A DNA stretch of 64,000 nucleotides. Origin: Octopus sinensis (Eukaryota). Position 1 is the first letter of the stretch. Every line of letters begins with the position of its first letter. Location: NCBI RefSeq assembly GCF_006345805.1, contig NC_043000.1, positions 15,810,001 through 15,874,000 on the forward strand. The letters run 5' to 3'. The position numbers were made by a program, and so were the translations under genes. The notes beneath the pieces were generated by a model. That model made no database searches. It saw nothing but the letters and a program-made list of their open reading frames with translations, and had not been told where the DNA came from. Below are positions 49,714-62,326 of this stretch, in pieces.

Positions 49714-50108
49714 AGGCGGCGAGCTGGCAGAAACGTTAGCACACCGGGCGAAATGCTTAGCAGTATTTTGTCTAATGTTACATTCTGAGTTCAAATTCCG
49801 CTGAGGTCAACTTTGCCTTTCATCCTTTCGGGGTTGATAAATTAAGTACCAGTTATGCACTGGGGTTGATATAATCGACTTAATCCGTTTGTCTGCCTTT
49901 GTTTGTCCTCTCTATGTTTAGCCCCTTGTGGGTAGTAAAGAAATAGGTAGGTCAATTACATCAACCCCAGTGCTCAACTGGTACTTATTTTATTGACCCT
50001 GAAAGAATAAAATGTAAAATCAACCTTGGTGGAATTTGAACTCAGGACATGATGACAGGCGAAATGCTGCTAAGCATTTTGCCCAGCTTGCTAACGATAC
50101 TGCCAGCT
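49714..50108. mobile_element. Convergent pair of family B SINEs (49714-49948 +, 49949-50108 -)
   Basis: A plus-strand monomer immediately followed by a diverged reverse copy ending about 40 bp from the exon C donor. Confidence 0.82.
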
Positions 50109-50147
50109 CAAAACATAGACTAATTGTAGCAAAACTTAGAGACTCAC

Positions 50148-50230
50148 CAGTCTCCAGCGCCGGAGACACTGCATACGTCAACACATTTCTTTGCTGGGAA
50201 ATATTTCACCTCCATGTTGTTGGCTTGTTG
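50148..50230 (-). CDS. Internal coding exon C of the same kinase, containing the GAGD catalytic motif
   Basis: Acceptor cttattacag|CAA and donor CTG|gtgagtc. 83 nt translating QQANNMEVKYFPAKKCVDVCSVSGAGD(C). Phase 0 to phase 2. Absent from the ORF track in this frame. Confidence 0.9.
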
Positions 50231-51451
50231 CTGTAATAAGATATTGTGACATTAGATGGACAGCTGTGATTGGTAAACAAAACAAGAACAGCACAGCAGA
50301 CTAAAGGTGACAACTTGGCAAAAGAAAAGAGAAAAAATTGTCATGAAAGATATCAGGACATCTATTTCTGTGACTTACAAGGTTCTGTGAAACTACAGCA
50401 TTATGCAAATGAGATAGGAGACCAGTATCATTTCTATCACAAATAACATGTCCAGAAGATCAGATACATATATTTTCCAGTTTAACGATATGTACAATTA
50501 AATGTCTTGCCGAGAGATACAATATAAGATTTACAGCAAGATTTAGGTGCAGAAGTGGCTGTGTGGTAAGTAGCTTGCTTATGAACCACATGGTTCTGGG
50601 TTCAGTCCTACTGCGTGGAACCTTGGATGTCTCATTAGAAAACTGAATACTGAATTATCAGCCTTGAGAAGTCCATTCATATAGATGCATAGTGCATAAA
50701 AGCAAAGACATATTGTGAGCAGTTGAGAATCATCTGTTATGAGTGCTGGAAGTACCAGATCAAGTGATTTCAGTCTACTGGACTTCTTCAGTAGCAGGTG
50801 CCCAGTGACAGTATACCAACATCATTGTCATGATGATGATGATCATCATCATCGTTTAATGTCCAATTTCCATGCTGGCATGTGTTGGACAGTTTGACTG
50901 AGGACTCGCGAGCCAGAAGGCTGCACCAGGCTCTAAGCTGATCTGGCAAAGTTTTTACAGCTGGATGCCCTTCCTAATGCCAACCACTCCAAGAGTGTAG
51001 CGGGTGCTTTTATGTGCTACTGGCTCAAGGACCAGACAGGGGGCACTGGCATCAACCACGTTTGGATGGTACTTTTTACATGCCACTGACACGGGACCCA
51101 GTCAGAGCCACTGGCATTAACCATATTTAGATGGTACTTTTTATGTGCCACCAGCATGGGAGCAAGTCAGGGGGCACTGGCATAATAGAATATCAACGTC
51201 CTTCAGTCACTGATGCCACAAATAGTCAGCTGGCTTATTAAAAAAATAATTATTAGTGATGGAATGTACTATGTGTCTATATGAGAGGACTTCTCAAAGC
51301 TAATACCACAATATTTGGTGTAGTAACAAGATAACCATGTTAAGTTGCATACAAAGATTGCATTTTAAATATGGATATTTTTCATTTGACTATCACGGAA
51401 TATGGTAGCTAGCAGATAATTCAACTTATGTTGCAAGCAACATTGAAAAAC

Positions 51452-51623
51452 TATTTACATTTGATGGATATTTGTCCTCATCTTGTTTGTTCTTAACACG
51501 TTTCGGCTGATATACTCTCCAGCCTTCATCAGGTGTCCTGGGGAAATTTCGAACCTGAGTTCTCATTCCTAAGGTATTTTTCTGTCATCGTCGCCATCGT
51601 CGTTATCATCATCATAATTATTA

Positions 51624-51701
<78 letters not shown>

Positions 51702-51735
51702 TCACTGCCTGGAAATTGAACTCAGAATCTTGGGA
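51452..51735 (-). mobile_element. Second, head-truncated copy of the hammerhead-bearing SINE-like element
   Basis: Tail, (AAT)n spacer and caggtcactgcctggaa segment match 35068-35505; the A-box is missing. Confidence 0.75.
51495..51536 (-). ncRNA. Degenerate second copy of the SINE-borne hammerhead motif
   Basis: GACAC-CTGATGA-a-GGCTG(gagagtatat)CAGCC-GAAA-CGTGTT. A 3-nt deletion at the cleavage site/stem I relative to the 35.1 kb copy. Confidence 0.6.
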
Positions 51736-51840
51736 GGCATAAATATCACAATTCCTCATTTCACATCACTATTAAACAGCTCATGCTTCACAAACAAAAA
51801 AAACAAGATGGTGCTAGTTGGTACACATTACAGAACTTAA

Positions 51841-52044
51841 CCCTGTCAAATGTAATTGCTTATTTATTCACACTGTTTTGAATTAATCATGCATCACTTG
51901 TAGATACTACAAGATTTTGATGATGTGATTGGTTCTTTTTAAAATGACATTGTAGGATAGGTGTGAGAGGCTGGATCTGGCTGGTTTGAACATAAAATAA
52001 GTTGAATATTTGGACCTAATATGCCTGGCTAAAAAACCAAAGGG
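51841..52044. mobile_element. piggyBac-type MITE (diverged)
   Basis: TTAA-CCC...GGG-TTAA; body similar to 49335-49543. Confidence 0.75.
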
Positions 52045-52657
52045 TTAAACGCTAAAGTAGAAAAAATAAGAACAGGTGTTGAAATGACATCTAATCTCTG
52101 GATTAGACACAGTGACTCAGGCAATAGATTTAACTTCACACTGCGGTTATTTTTAGGTTAAATGTAGAGCCAGGCTGCAGAGACATAGCAAATAGATATT
52201 TTATCAGCCCTGGAGAGAAATAAACCGTAAAGTTCATCCCTTTGGAATTGAAACATAGAAACATGAGACCCCAAACTAAATAGCATAAAGTCTCAACTGC
52301 TCCATCACTCATGATACTAAAATAATTCCACTGACAACTATGTTTGCGTATAAGTGTATAAGTTTGTGCTTGCGTGTTTCGGTATTACTATGTTATCTCT
52401 CTCTTTTTCTCTCTCATTTTCTCTCTCTCTGTTTTGTACTTTACATATAAATAATCTTGCAGACATACTGCCATTTTCCATGTTAACCCTTACTCCCAGA
52501 CACTCATCAAAAAGATTCCCACATACAACTTGGCAAATCATAAGACGATTCTATGTTGTTCCAATGTGTCCATATGTTAATGTCATCCCTTGTGACAAGT
52601 GACACAACTGGCAGTCTTATAAAGTTGTTTAGTGTGTGTGTCAGTGTACGTGTGTGT

Positions 52658-53272
52658 GTGTGAGAGAGAGAGAGAGAGCAAGAAACAGAGAGAGGGAGCA
52701 AGAGACAGAGAGAGAGAGAGCAAGAGAGAGAGAGAGAACAAGAGACAGAGAGAGAGAGAGCAAGAGACAGAGAGAGAGAGAGCGAGAGAGAGAGAGAGAG
52801 TAAGAGACAGAGAGAGAGAGAGCAAGAGACAGAGAGAGGGAGCAAGAGACAGAGAGAGAGAGAGCAAGAGAGAGAGAGAGCAAGAGACAGAGAGAGAAGA
52901 GACAGAGAGAGAGAGAGAGAGAGCAAGAGACAGAGAGGGAGAACAAGAGAGAGAGAGAGAGAGAAGAGACAGAGAGAGAGAACAAGAGAGAGAGAGAGAG
53001 AGAGACAGAGAGAGCAAGAGAGAGAGAGAGCAAGAGACAGAGAGAGAGAGCAAGAGACAGAGAGAGCAAGAGACAGAGAGAGAGAGAGAGCAAGAGACAG
53101 AGAGGGAGAACAAGAGAGAGAAAGAGAGAAGAGACAGAGAGAGAGAACAAGAGAGAGAGAGACAGAGAGAGCAAGAGAGAGAGAGAGCAAGAGACAGAGA
53201 GAGAGAGAGCAAGAGACAGAGAGAGAGAAGAAGAGACAGAGACAGAGAGAGAGAAAGAAAGAAAAAGAGAGA
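52658..53272. repeat. Compound GA-rich microsatellite (GA)n with GCAA/GACA interruptions
   Basis: About 600 bp of almost pure purine on the plus strand; source of the R/E- and S/L-rich pseudo-ORFs. Confidence 0.97.
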
Positions 53273-53415
53273 GGCCTCTCTTCATTATTATATAAAATTT
53301 TCAAATATTTCTTCATTCTTAAACTTTAAACATTGCAAATAAGAAACTGTGACCATGAAAGCCATTAACCATCACATGTACCACTGGTGGCTCATCACAA
53401 ACTTCACACGACCAT

Positions 53416-53848
53416 AGGCGTAGGAGTGGCTGTGTGGTAAGTAGCTTGTTTACGAACCACATGGTTCCGGGTTCAGTCCCACTGCGTGGCACCTTGGGCA
53501 AGTGTCTTCTACTATAGCCTCTGGCCGACCAAAGCCTTGTGAGTGGATTTGATAGACGGAAACTGAAAGAAGCCCGTTGTATATCTGTATATATTTATGT
53601 GTGTGTGTGTGTGTGTGTCTGTGTGTGTATGTTTGTGTGTCTGTGTTTGTCCCCCCAACATCGCTTGACAATCAATGCTGGTGTGTTTACGTCCCCATAA
53701 CTTAGCAGTTTGGCAAAAGAGACCGATAGAATAAGTAGTAGGCTTACAAAGAACAAGTCCTAGGTTGATTTGCCCAACTAAGAGCTGTGCTCCAGTATGG
53801 CCACAGTCAAATGATTGAAACAAGTAAAAGAGCAAAAGAATAAAGAGT
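53416..53848 (+). mobile_element. SINE family A
   Basis: Full-length copy. Confidence 0.9.
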
Positions 53849-54004
53849 AACCACCGTATGTGCCACCAATGGAACATTTTCATAATTTAAGAAAATATTT
53901 TATTCTGTATCACTGACATGACTTTGAGGATATTTAAATAACATGAGAACTAAATATTAAAATTGCATTATGAAATATTGTAAAAATGTAAAAAGAATTA
54001 CATT

Positions 54005-54492
54005 TCATCACCATCATCATCACTTAACGTCTGCTTTCCCTGCTAGCATGGGTTGGACGATTTGACTGAGGTCTGGCGAACCAGATGGCTGTAGCAGGCT
54101 CCAATCTTGATCTGGCAGAGTTTCTACAGCTTGATGCCCTTCTTAACGCCAACCACTCCAAGAGTGTAGTGGGTGCTTTTACATGCCACCAGCCCGAGGA
54201 CCAGTCAGGCGATACTGGCAACGGCCACACTCAAATGGTGTTTTTTACGTGCCACCTGCACAGGAGCCAGTCCAGCGGCACTGGCAACGACCTCGCTTGA
54301 ATGTTTTTTCACATGCCTCCAGCACAAATGCCAGTAAGGTGACACAGGTAACGATCACGCTCAATTGGTGCTTTTTATGTGCCACCGGCACGGAAGCCAG
54401 TTTGTTGCTATGGCAACGATCACACTAGGATAGTACTCAGCACTTCACTAGCACAGATGCCAGTCATCAAATTTGATTTCAATTTCGATTTC
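54005..54492 (-). mobile_element. Family D, full-length copy with more internal units
   Basis: Same 5' end (gatttcaatttcgatttc on the plus strand) and tail as 34427-34782. Confidence 0.85.
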
Positions 54493-55404
54493 TTGTAATT
54501 AAACAATATACAGTGTGTCTGTGCAAAATATGTGGTGTCACCAGTAGTTTCCAGTAACAGGTTGTGGCCGTTAATGTGTTAAACTTAAAACTTAGAGTTG
54601 CTAGATGGTGTAACAGTAGTAGATGACATGTTTTTTTAACTGGTGGGAGATGGGGGTCTACTTACTAATTTTTAAGCTGCTTAAATATATGAGAAGAGAA
54701 AGAGCTACAATCTGCTACTTTTGTATCAAATTTCAAATTCACATCAATGATATCTTTCGCCAATTAGTAACATTTATAGACAAATCAAGACCATAGGAAG
54801 TGAATTGGGGGATATTTGGCTGCTATTTATAGGCATACCAAGTGACAATGTAGAGGCTTCCTAGCATGATTAAAGTGAACTAAAACGTGGCAGTAATTAC
54901 TCATCTGTGATATAGAAGTCTGAGTTATACTTGAGTATAGTGTACCACTTTCACTTCATTTGACATGGAAGTTACAATTTTATATTCAAGTTACAAGCCT
55001 TAAAGAGAAACAATTCATTATCATCAACATCACCATTTAATGTCCGCTTTCCATGCTAGCATGGGTTGGATGATTTTATTGAGGACTGGTGAACAAGATG
55101 GCCGCATCAGGCTCCAATCTTGATCTGGTAAGGTTTCTACAGCTGGATGCCCTTCCTAACACAAACCACTCCGAGAGTGTAGTGGGTGCTTTTGAAGTGC
55201 CACCGGCACAAGGGCCAGTCAGGCGGTACTGGCAATGGCCACGCTCAAATGGTACTTTTTATGTGCCACCTGTACAGGAGCCAGTCCAGCAGCACTGGCA
55301 ACAACTTCGCTCAAATGTTTTTTCACGTGCCTCCAGCACAAGTGCCAGTAAGGTGATGCAGGTACTGACTTGTTCCTGCTTCTGAAAAAATGTGAGAATT
55401 CGAG

Positions 55405-55897
55405 GAATCCACAGTAAAGACAACTTCTGCATGTGCAAATGGTCATGAATGATTTTTTTCCATGGGCCCTACACTTATCTTCACTTCTTGGGCTAGTTGC
55501 TGAATAGTTATGTGGTGTTCCTCCAAGAGGGCATCTTCCACTTTATGGATTGTGTCCACATCAATGGTGGAATATGGTTGTCCAGGAATAGGAGCAGCTT
55601 CCACTGATGTCCAACCACATTTGAACTGGTGATGCCAGTGCTTGACTACATCATATGATGGTGCACTCTTTTGATGTAGGACCTTTCAAGTATAAGACCC
55701 TGATCACTGATCTGCATTCAACTGCCTCCATTATAACACCTTAGTCCACTTCAGCGGCCATAAAAAACAAATGAATACTAGTGGAAAGCTGAAATTTACA
55801 ATGTGACATGTAGAGACATGTATGATTATACCTGTACAAGTTCCGTTTCCTGCAATAACCGTAAGTGGGTCAAGGGAAATTTTTAATGAACACCCTG
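55405..55897 (-). mobile_element. 5' fragment of another mariner-like element
   Basis: Degenerate HTH-region translation MEAVECRSVIRVLYLKG...WHHQFKCGWTSVEAAPIPGQP...ITIQQLAQEVKIS; TIR-like start cagggtgttcattaaaaa. Confidence 0.75.
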
Positions 55898-55974
55898 TGT
55901 GAGTATGTATGTGTGTGTGTGTCTTCTATCTTTTACTTGTTTCAGTTATTAGATTGTAGCTATGCACACACATA

Positions 55975-56150
55975 TATACGCTTTTACTTGTTTCAATCAT
56001 TTGACTGTGGCCATGTTGGAGCACTGCCTTTAGTTGAGCAAATCGACCCCAGGAGTCATTCTTTGTAAGCCTAGTACTTATTCTATTGGTCTCTTTTGCC
56101 GAACTGCCAAGTTATGGTTGTCAAGCAATGTTGGGGGGACAAACACAAAC

Positions 56151-56193
<43 letters not shown>

Positions 56194-56355
56194 CGACGGA
56201 CCTCTTTCAGTTTCCATCTACCAAATCCACTCACAAGGCTTTGGTCGGCTCAACGCTATAGTAGAAGACACTTGCCCAAGGTGCCACGCAGTGGGACTGA
56301 ACCCAGAACCATGTGGTTGGTAAGCAAGCTACTAACCACACAGCCACTCCTGTGC
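55975..56355 (-). mobile_element. SINE family A
   Basis: Reverse-complement copy with a small internal deletion. Confidence 0.88.
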
Positions 56356-56867
56356 CTATTGTACTCCTGTGCTACATATATATATATGTGTGTCTTTGTG
56401 TCTGTGTTTTTTCTCCACCACCATTTAACAACTTGTGTTGGTTTGTTTATGCTCCCATAACATTAGCAGTTTGGCAAAAGAGATCAATAAAATGAATACC
56501 AGGCTTTAAAAAAAGTATTGGGGGGTCAATTCATTCAGCTAAAAATTCTACAAGTCAGTGCCCCAGCAAGGCCACAATCTAATAGCTGAAACAAGTAAAA
56601 GATAAAAGACAAACACACACACACACACACATCATCATCAGAATTTAGAAACTTTGAGAGAATGTGAACTAATTTATTCTTAATGGTTGAACTTGAAGTA
56701 GATAAAGCTTCAAATAACAACATGCGACTATCAGGTTAAGAACCCTTTTGAATAGAAAAATTGGAAGGCTGCTTGTGGGTCATGAACCTACATCTTTATA
56801 TATAACAGACATTCTACCATATATAACGGCGGTGCATCAGCATGGCCGCAGCTCTGAGCTGAAACTT

Positions 56868-56922
<55 letters not shown>

Positions 56923-57439
56923 TATGTATATATGTATGTATACACACATAAGAGGGAAGAAATGAAGAAAAATCAAATTTGTAAAATTATTATGTTTATT
57001 TTTTGCAGAATCATAATCTCAAATATTTAAAACATGGAACGCCAACAAAATTTTATCAAAATACAAAAAATAAATGTACATGAAATAAAATAAAACTCAC
57101 AAGGAAGGGGGACTTATAATTTGTAAAATTTATTAGCAAAATATTTATTTTTGGCTATTTTCTAATGTAATTTCCAACTTTTTGAAAATGTTGAGCTATT
57201 TTTTACGAAGTTGATCTGACAGCCCTGAGGATACAATTGCAAACATTCTAATGAACCAATAAACAAACTGAATTATGAACAGAAATTTGGTATTTTCTAG
57301 AGTTATATTAGTTCTTTCATTTTGCATCCATTTTTCCATGCTATCATGGCTTGGTTAGACATGAGCAACCTTTTAACATTTTCAAGAAGCAGGCTACATG
57401 AGCCATGGCTCATGTTGAGGCTGGCCACACTACTAAAAA

Positions 57440-58835
57440 ACTTCAAAGTCTTGAAAGCCCTTGATTGTCCATGATTGGCATAGATGAATACATATGATTA
57501 AGGCATCGTGTTGCTGTCAGACACCCTTCCTGTTGTTGAGAGAAAACGTCTGGACATTAGTAGTGGGGGAAAATTTTGAAGTTAGGTAAATCCATTCCTG
57601 CACAAGCTGTAAAGGGACTACTTAAGGGAATTTTCCTTGTATTTTCATCTCAGATCTGTTGGTGGTGAATCATCATTCTTTTGTATAATGACACACCCAT
57701 CTGTCCTATGTAATTTTTCCGACATCCCAATTTAACCAGGTAGGTTAAATTTTCTGAATTGCAAAGTTGACTTTTACTTTGAAGGTTTGGCCATCTTTAA
57801 TTTTGAATTCTAATCTTTCAGTTAAGTATAGATAGATGTCACAATTTGTTCTTCTGCATTTTGTTACAGACGGGTTGGGGATTTGTTTCTGTTTTGTTCC
57901 AGTGAGAATGTGTTTCAGTGTTTTGGGCAGCCTTTTGCTTTTGATGATTTAGTGTGTTTCCAGAATCTTTTCCATCTTCAAGTAGAATGGAGAGGTTTTT
58001 GTGAATGTGGTCAAATATTTGTTTTTCCCTGTCTGTTCCATTGTTGATCATGCCAAGTGAGAATGCTCTTTGGATAGGTATGTTCTTCAATTCATCCAGT
58101 CTTTATTCATACTTAGATAGGTCTAATACTATTGCGCATATTTGTTTTGTTAGGTTAAAGGGAATGTTCAATTTTGTGTGTTTTGGGTGACATGATGCAA
58201 AAAGCAGATATTGCTTGAAGTTGGTTGGTTTATAGAACATATCTGCTTCTATTCTCCTATCTCTGTTTGTGATTGAGATATCTAGAAAGGCAAGCTTCTT
58301 GAAATTGAACTCAGTTGTGAAACTCTACTGTGAATTAGATATTGTTGCTTAGATTGCTCAGCATATTTTTGAATTCTGTGAGTGTATCAAGGTTTTCCTG
58401 CCATAAGATAAAGCAATCACGTAGGTACATTTTCCAATTATTTTTTCAAGTTGTGTATGAAGCATGCCTCCTAATAGTAGAAGAGATTGGTTGTAAATTT
58501 TTTGTCTGTGGAATCCCATGACTAATTTTGAAGGGGCTACCTTTGTTCCCATTGCAGTTCCTAATATTTGTCAGTATGCTGATCAAGGTAGAGTAATTGT
58601 TCTGTTGTATGAATTTGAATCCATCAATGATAAAGTTTTTTTCAATGTGTCAGTAGTTTAGATTAGGATTGCAATTATTCTACAGTCATGAGGTTGTTTG
58701 TGTATAAGTTGACAACATCAGAGGAAACCAAAATAGTGTGTTCACTTGTTGTTTTTGGAATGGACTTACCTAACTTCAAAATCTTTCCCTTCTACAAGTG
58801 CTCAGACTTTTTCAACCAACAACAAATAATTAAGA
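57440..58835 (-). mobile_element. Degraded Penelope-like retroelement (RT region)
   Basis: QILGTAMGTKVAP and FLDISITNRDRRIEADMFYKPTNFKQYLLFASCHPKHTKLNIPFNL are characteristic of GIY-YIG-associated RTs. Confidence 0.8.
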
Positions 58836-60157
58836 AAAAAACTTCATTGACAAATCATCATCGTTTAGCGTCCGTTTTCCATGCTAGCATACAATTAAAT
58901 ATGGAACCATCCACTATAAGTTGATTAATAAGAATCTATAGTTTACACACATCCTTATCACTATTTTGCTGTGAGTTTGTGAGTTTTGAACTGTTTCTAA
59001 AAATGGAAATTTTATCTGTATAAATAAATAATCTGCCCTGTGTGTGTGTGTGTGTGTATGTGAGAGCATCTCTTCTTGTGATTCATTTTTTTTCTTGTTC
59101 AGAGTTTCAATCACACATGTACAACACATACATACCAAAGTAAAAGAAAAATAATTTATACCAAAACCACACTTTGTGAAAACTTTAAACAATAGAATAA
59201 AAATAAAATTATACTCTTGATACAATGGAATTCAGCCTACAGACACACACAGAGGAAAAGAAAAGACCCTATCAATAGAACTTTCAACTGTCCTTAAATC
59301 TATTTTCCCTTATTTGGACATTTAACACAATGTATACACACACACATGTCCTCATCACCACCAACATCAGCAGCAGCACCATCATCATTTCAATATCCAC
59401 TTTTCTATGCTTACATGGATTGGACAGAGTTTATTTGAAGCAAATTTTCTATGGCTGGATGCTCTTCCTGTCGCCAACCCTCACCAGCTTCCAAGCAAGG
59501 TAATATTTCCCCAAGGCCAGGCACATTCTTGCAGAATATTGGAAATTAATTACACTGCTTGCATGATAGTGACACTCATTTACAACTGTCATTCTTTCAC
59601 ATATCAGGACAAAGAGAGAGACATACACACACACACACACACACACAAATACACACACATATACATGCACGCATACACACCTGTGGATTGCAATGGCCCA
59701 GTGGTTAGGGCAGAGAACTCTCAATCGTAGGATTGCGGTTTCGATTCCCAGACCAGGCGTTGTGAATGTTTACTGAGTGAAAACACCTAAAGCTCCGGCA
59801 GGGGGTGGTGGCGATCCCTGCTGTACTCTTTCGCCACAAGTTTCTCTCATTCTTTCATCTGTTGGCCTGCTTGCTTAGCCAGTGGAGTAGCGTAATTTGA
59901 AGGCTAGAACAATGCAAGGCGCATTGTGACCAGCAATGTGTAGCAACATCTGATTGCCTGGTTGGTCATGTAGTATGCTACGTCACATAGGCCACATAGC
60001 ATACACACCTATATACATACATATACACGACAATCTTCTTTCAGTATTCATTCACCAAATCTACTCACAAGGCTTTGGTCACTCTGGGATTATAGTAGAA
60101 GACACTTGGAAATTAATTTTAAGAAATCATAAAGCAGTAGATATTTTCTATACTTAC

Positions 60158-60327
60158 CACTGACATGCCTTTGATAGGCAACCGGGAAGTAATATCACCA
60201 GAGCGACACACCAAAACACCAAGTTCTCCCATTGTAACAATTATAATTGGTACCAAAGAAATGAGGGCTTTACACAATTCAGTACATTTTTCAATCACAA
60301 CCTCAATATTTGACTGGTTCAAAGAGC
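60158..60327 (-). CDS. Internal coding exon B of the same PfkB-family kinase
   Basis: Acceptor gaattttag|GC and donor GTG|gtaagta. Translates (S)SLNQSNIEVVIEKCTELCKALISLVPIIIVTMGELGVLVCRSGDITSRLPIKGMSV, with the IVTxGxxGV motif. Phase 1 to phase 0. Confidence 0.9.
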
Positions 60328-60567
60328 CTAAAATTCAAAGAATAGAATATTTTGTTCTTTTGAGTCCAACACATTAATCTATTGAGTAATACTTTTGTAT
60401 GAATGCAGAATATGTACAATGGTTAGAAAGAAATGAAGTGGGTAAGCTACAGTAGATATGTAATATTATTGTAGGGGGGAATTCACAAAAGAAAAAACAA
60501 AAGACGAAACCAGGTGGTGTAGACAACAAACAGATGTATTAATTTAATGCTCAGGAATTGAAAAAGT

Positions 60568-60603
60568 CTTTAACGTTTCGAGCCTATGCTCTTCCACAGA
60601 AAG
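60568..60603 (-). ncRNA. Variant minimal hammerhead-like motif (CUGUGGA core)
   Basis: CTTT-CTGTGGA-a-GAGC(atag)GCTC-GAAA-CG-TT-AAAG. Hammerhead topology with an A6-to-U core change. Confidence 0.6.
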
Positions 60604-60637
60604 GAACACAGAAAGAAATAAGGAGAGAGAATAAAGA

Positions 60638-60673
<36 letters not shown>

Positions 60674-60868
60674 ATAAATGAGAACTTAAATACTAGGTTT
60701 CTTTATATTCAATTGTTTATAGAGGTTAATTTAGTTCTTGATTATATATACATTATATATAGATTATATATATAAATATATATTTTCATTGATAAATTTA
60801 TATTATTTATAGTTTTAGTCATTTTAAATTTATATTTTAAAAATATTGATTATTTTTAGATCTGAAAT

Positions 60869-60914
60869 CCACCTGATGAATGTCCTGAGAAGAGACATGA
60901 AACAATTGTAGTGG
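60869..60914 (+). ncRNA. Minimal type I hammerhead ribozyme motif (Penelope-type)
   Basis: CCAC-CTGATGA-ATGTC(ctgagaaga)GACAT-GAAA-CAATTG-TA-GTGG. Core intact, stem I CCAC/GTGG, stem II 5 bp, palindromic stem III, GUA cleavage triplet ending at 60910. Confidence 0.85.
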
Positions 60915-61009
60915 CGAATATAATTTTATTTAATTTATATTAAAATTTTTTTATGTATTGGATTAAGTCTTTCTTTGTTTGATTTGCAAAATAGTGGTTT
61001 TGTCTCTAA

Positions 61010-61080
<71 letters not shown>

Positions 61081-61165
61081 AGAATTCACGAAAAAACAAA
61101 AGACAAAGACTGGTGGTGTAGACAACAAACAGATGTATTAGTATAACGCTCGGGAAGTGAAAAAG

Positions 61166-61203
61166 TCTTTAACATTTCGAGCCTACGCTCTTCCACAGAA
61201 AGA
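61166..61203 (-). ncRNA. Second copy of the variant minimal hammerhead-like motif
   Basis: TCTTT-CTGTGGA-a-GAGC(gtag)GCTC-GAAA-TG-TT-AAAGA. Same family as 60568-60603, with CG changed to TG in stem III. Confidence 0.55.
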
Positions 61204-61224
61204 AACAGGGAAAGAAAATAAGGA

Positions 61225-61560
61225 ATGTACTTGAACAGTGGAGCACAAATGAACTCAGAGAAAAATTGGTTATAAGAGAAAACAGAAGCAGTGTAAGAGA
61301 GAAAACTGAGGAACGATATGGACAAGTAGGCCACATGAAGGATAACATCTGAGTAAAGAAGTTCCAATGGATCCAAGTGAAAGGAGTCTTTGGGAGAGGA
61401 AGACCAAGGAAAACATAGGAAGAAGTGATGAAGACTGATCTTCATGATGACTGGACTTTACAAAGAGGATGATAAAGAATCACAACAGATAATGAGATGT
61501 TGTGCCGGAGGAAATTCAACCAATGCATGCAAGCATGGAAAAACAGATGTTGACTGATAG
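61225..61560 (+). mobile_element. RTE-clade LINE 3' end (degraded)
   Basis: ELREKLVIR...GRGRPRKT*EEVMKTDL remnants, ending in catgcaagcatggaaaaacagatgtt, the tail shared with SINE families D and A'. Confidence 0.7.
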
Positions 61561-61929
61561 AGGTAAGGATGACTAGGTGATGGTCTAGGGTTTAGGGGTG
61601 GGAGACACCAGACCTTGGGGAAAAAAAAAAACTTTGGTCGTTTTGTTGTAGTCAAGGGCTCTTCGTTGACGCCCAACACCACTGGGAAGTGGCCCTCAAA
61701 GTCACTGGAAATGGAGATCTCCAGGTCCAAATTCTTGAACGGCTGCTGCTGCTGATGGTCTACCAAATCCACTCACAAGGCTTTGGTCGGCCTGAGGCTA
61801 TAGTAGAAGACACTTGCCCAAGGTGCCACACAGTGGGACTGAACACGGAACCATGTGGTTGGTAAGTAAGCTACTTACCACACAGCCACTCCTGCACCTT
61901 ATCTGTATAACTAACTATTCTTATGTATC

Positions 61930-62085
61930 TGTTACATACAAATACTTCCTCCTCTCACTTAACTTCTTGTGCACCCAGTACACATTGGGTACAATGCATG
62001 GAATTCCTCCTACTTCTTTCTTGCATACTGAACACGGCCACTTCCCAGATGGCTGAAGAGTCTTGTCTGTATTCCTACAAACTAA
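61930..62085 (-). mobile_element. RTE-type LINE fragment with Cys-rich zinc-finger-like segment
   Basis: LQPSGKWPCSVCKKEVG...WVHKK on the minus strand. Confidence 0.6.
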
Positions 62086-62326
62086 GACAGTAGTAGTAAT
62101 AATGAAGTTATTGTATACAGTGCTCAGGTGCACTACAACTCATCAGAAATAGTTGCCAAAAGTGCATAGAACAATGCACAGGAAGTGAACAACAAATGAG
62201 ATGTTTAACCCTTTAGTATTTAAACCGGCCATATCCAGCCAAAATGCCATCCTTATTTTATGTTCAAATTGGCCAGATCCAACCTCTCACACCTACACTA
62301 CAATGTCAATCTAAAAACTAACACAT

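Larger units (their letters stand above)
60472..61225. mobile_element. Cluster of three Penelope-type terminal-repeat fragments separated by (TA)n
   Basis: Two direct copies (about 60472-60630 and 61077-61225) each carry a minus-strand hammerhead variant; an unrelated plus-strand hammerhead segment lies between them (about 60670-61010). Confidence 0.65.

Noticed and set aside
52507-53342. Long R/E-rich and S/L-rich ORFs (209-269 aa)
   Set aside because: Translations of the GA microsatellite.
62100-62160. Minus-strand CTGATGA followed by an AGTGC/GCACT hairpin
   Set aside because: No GAAA or stem III follows; it looks like a retroelement 3' tail ending in (ATT/ACT)n.
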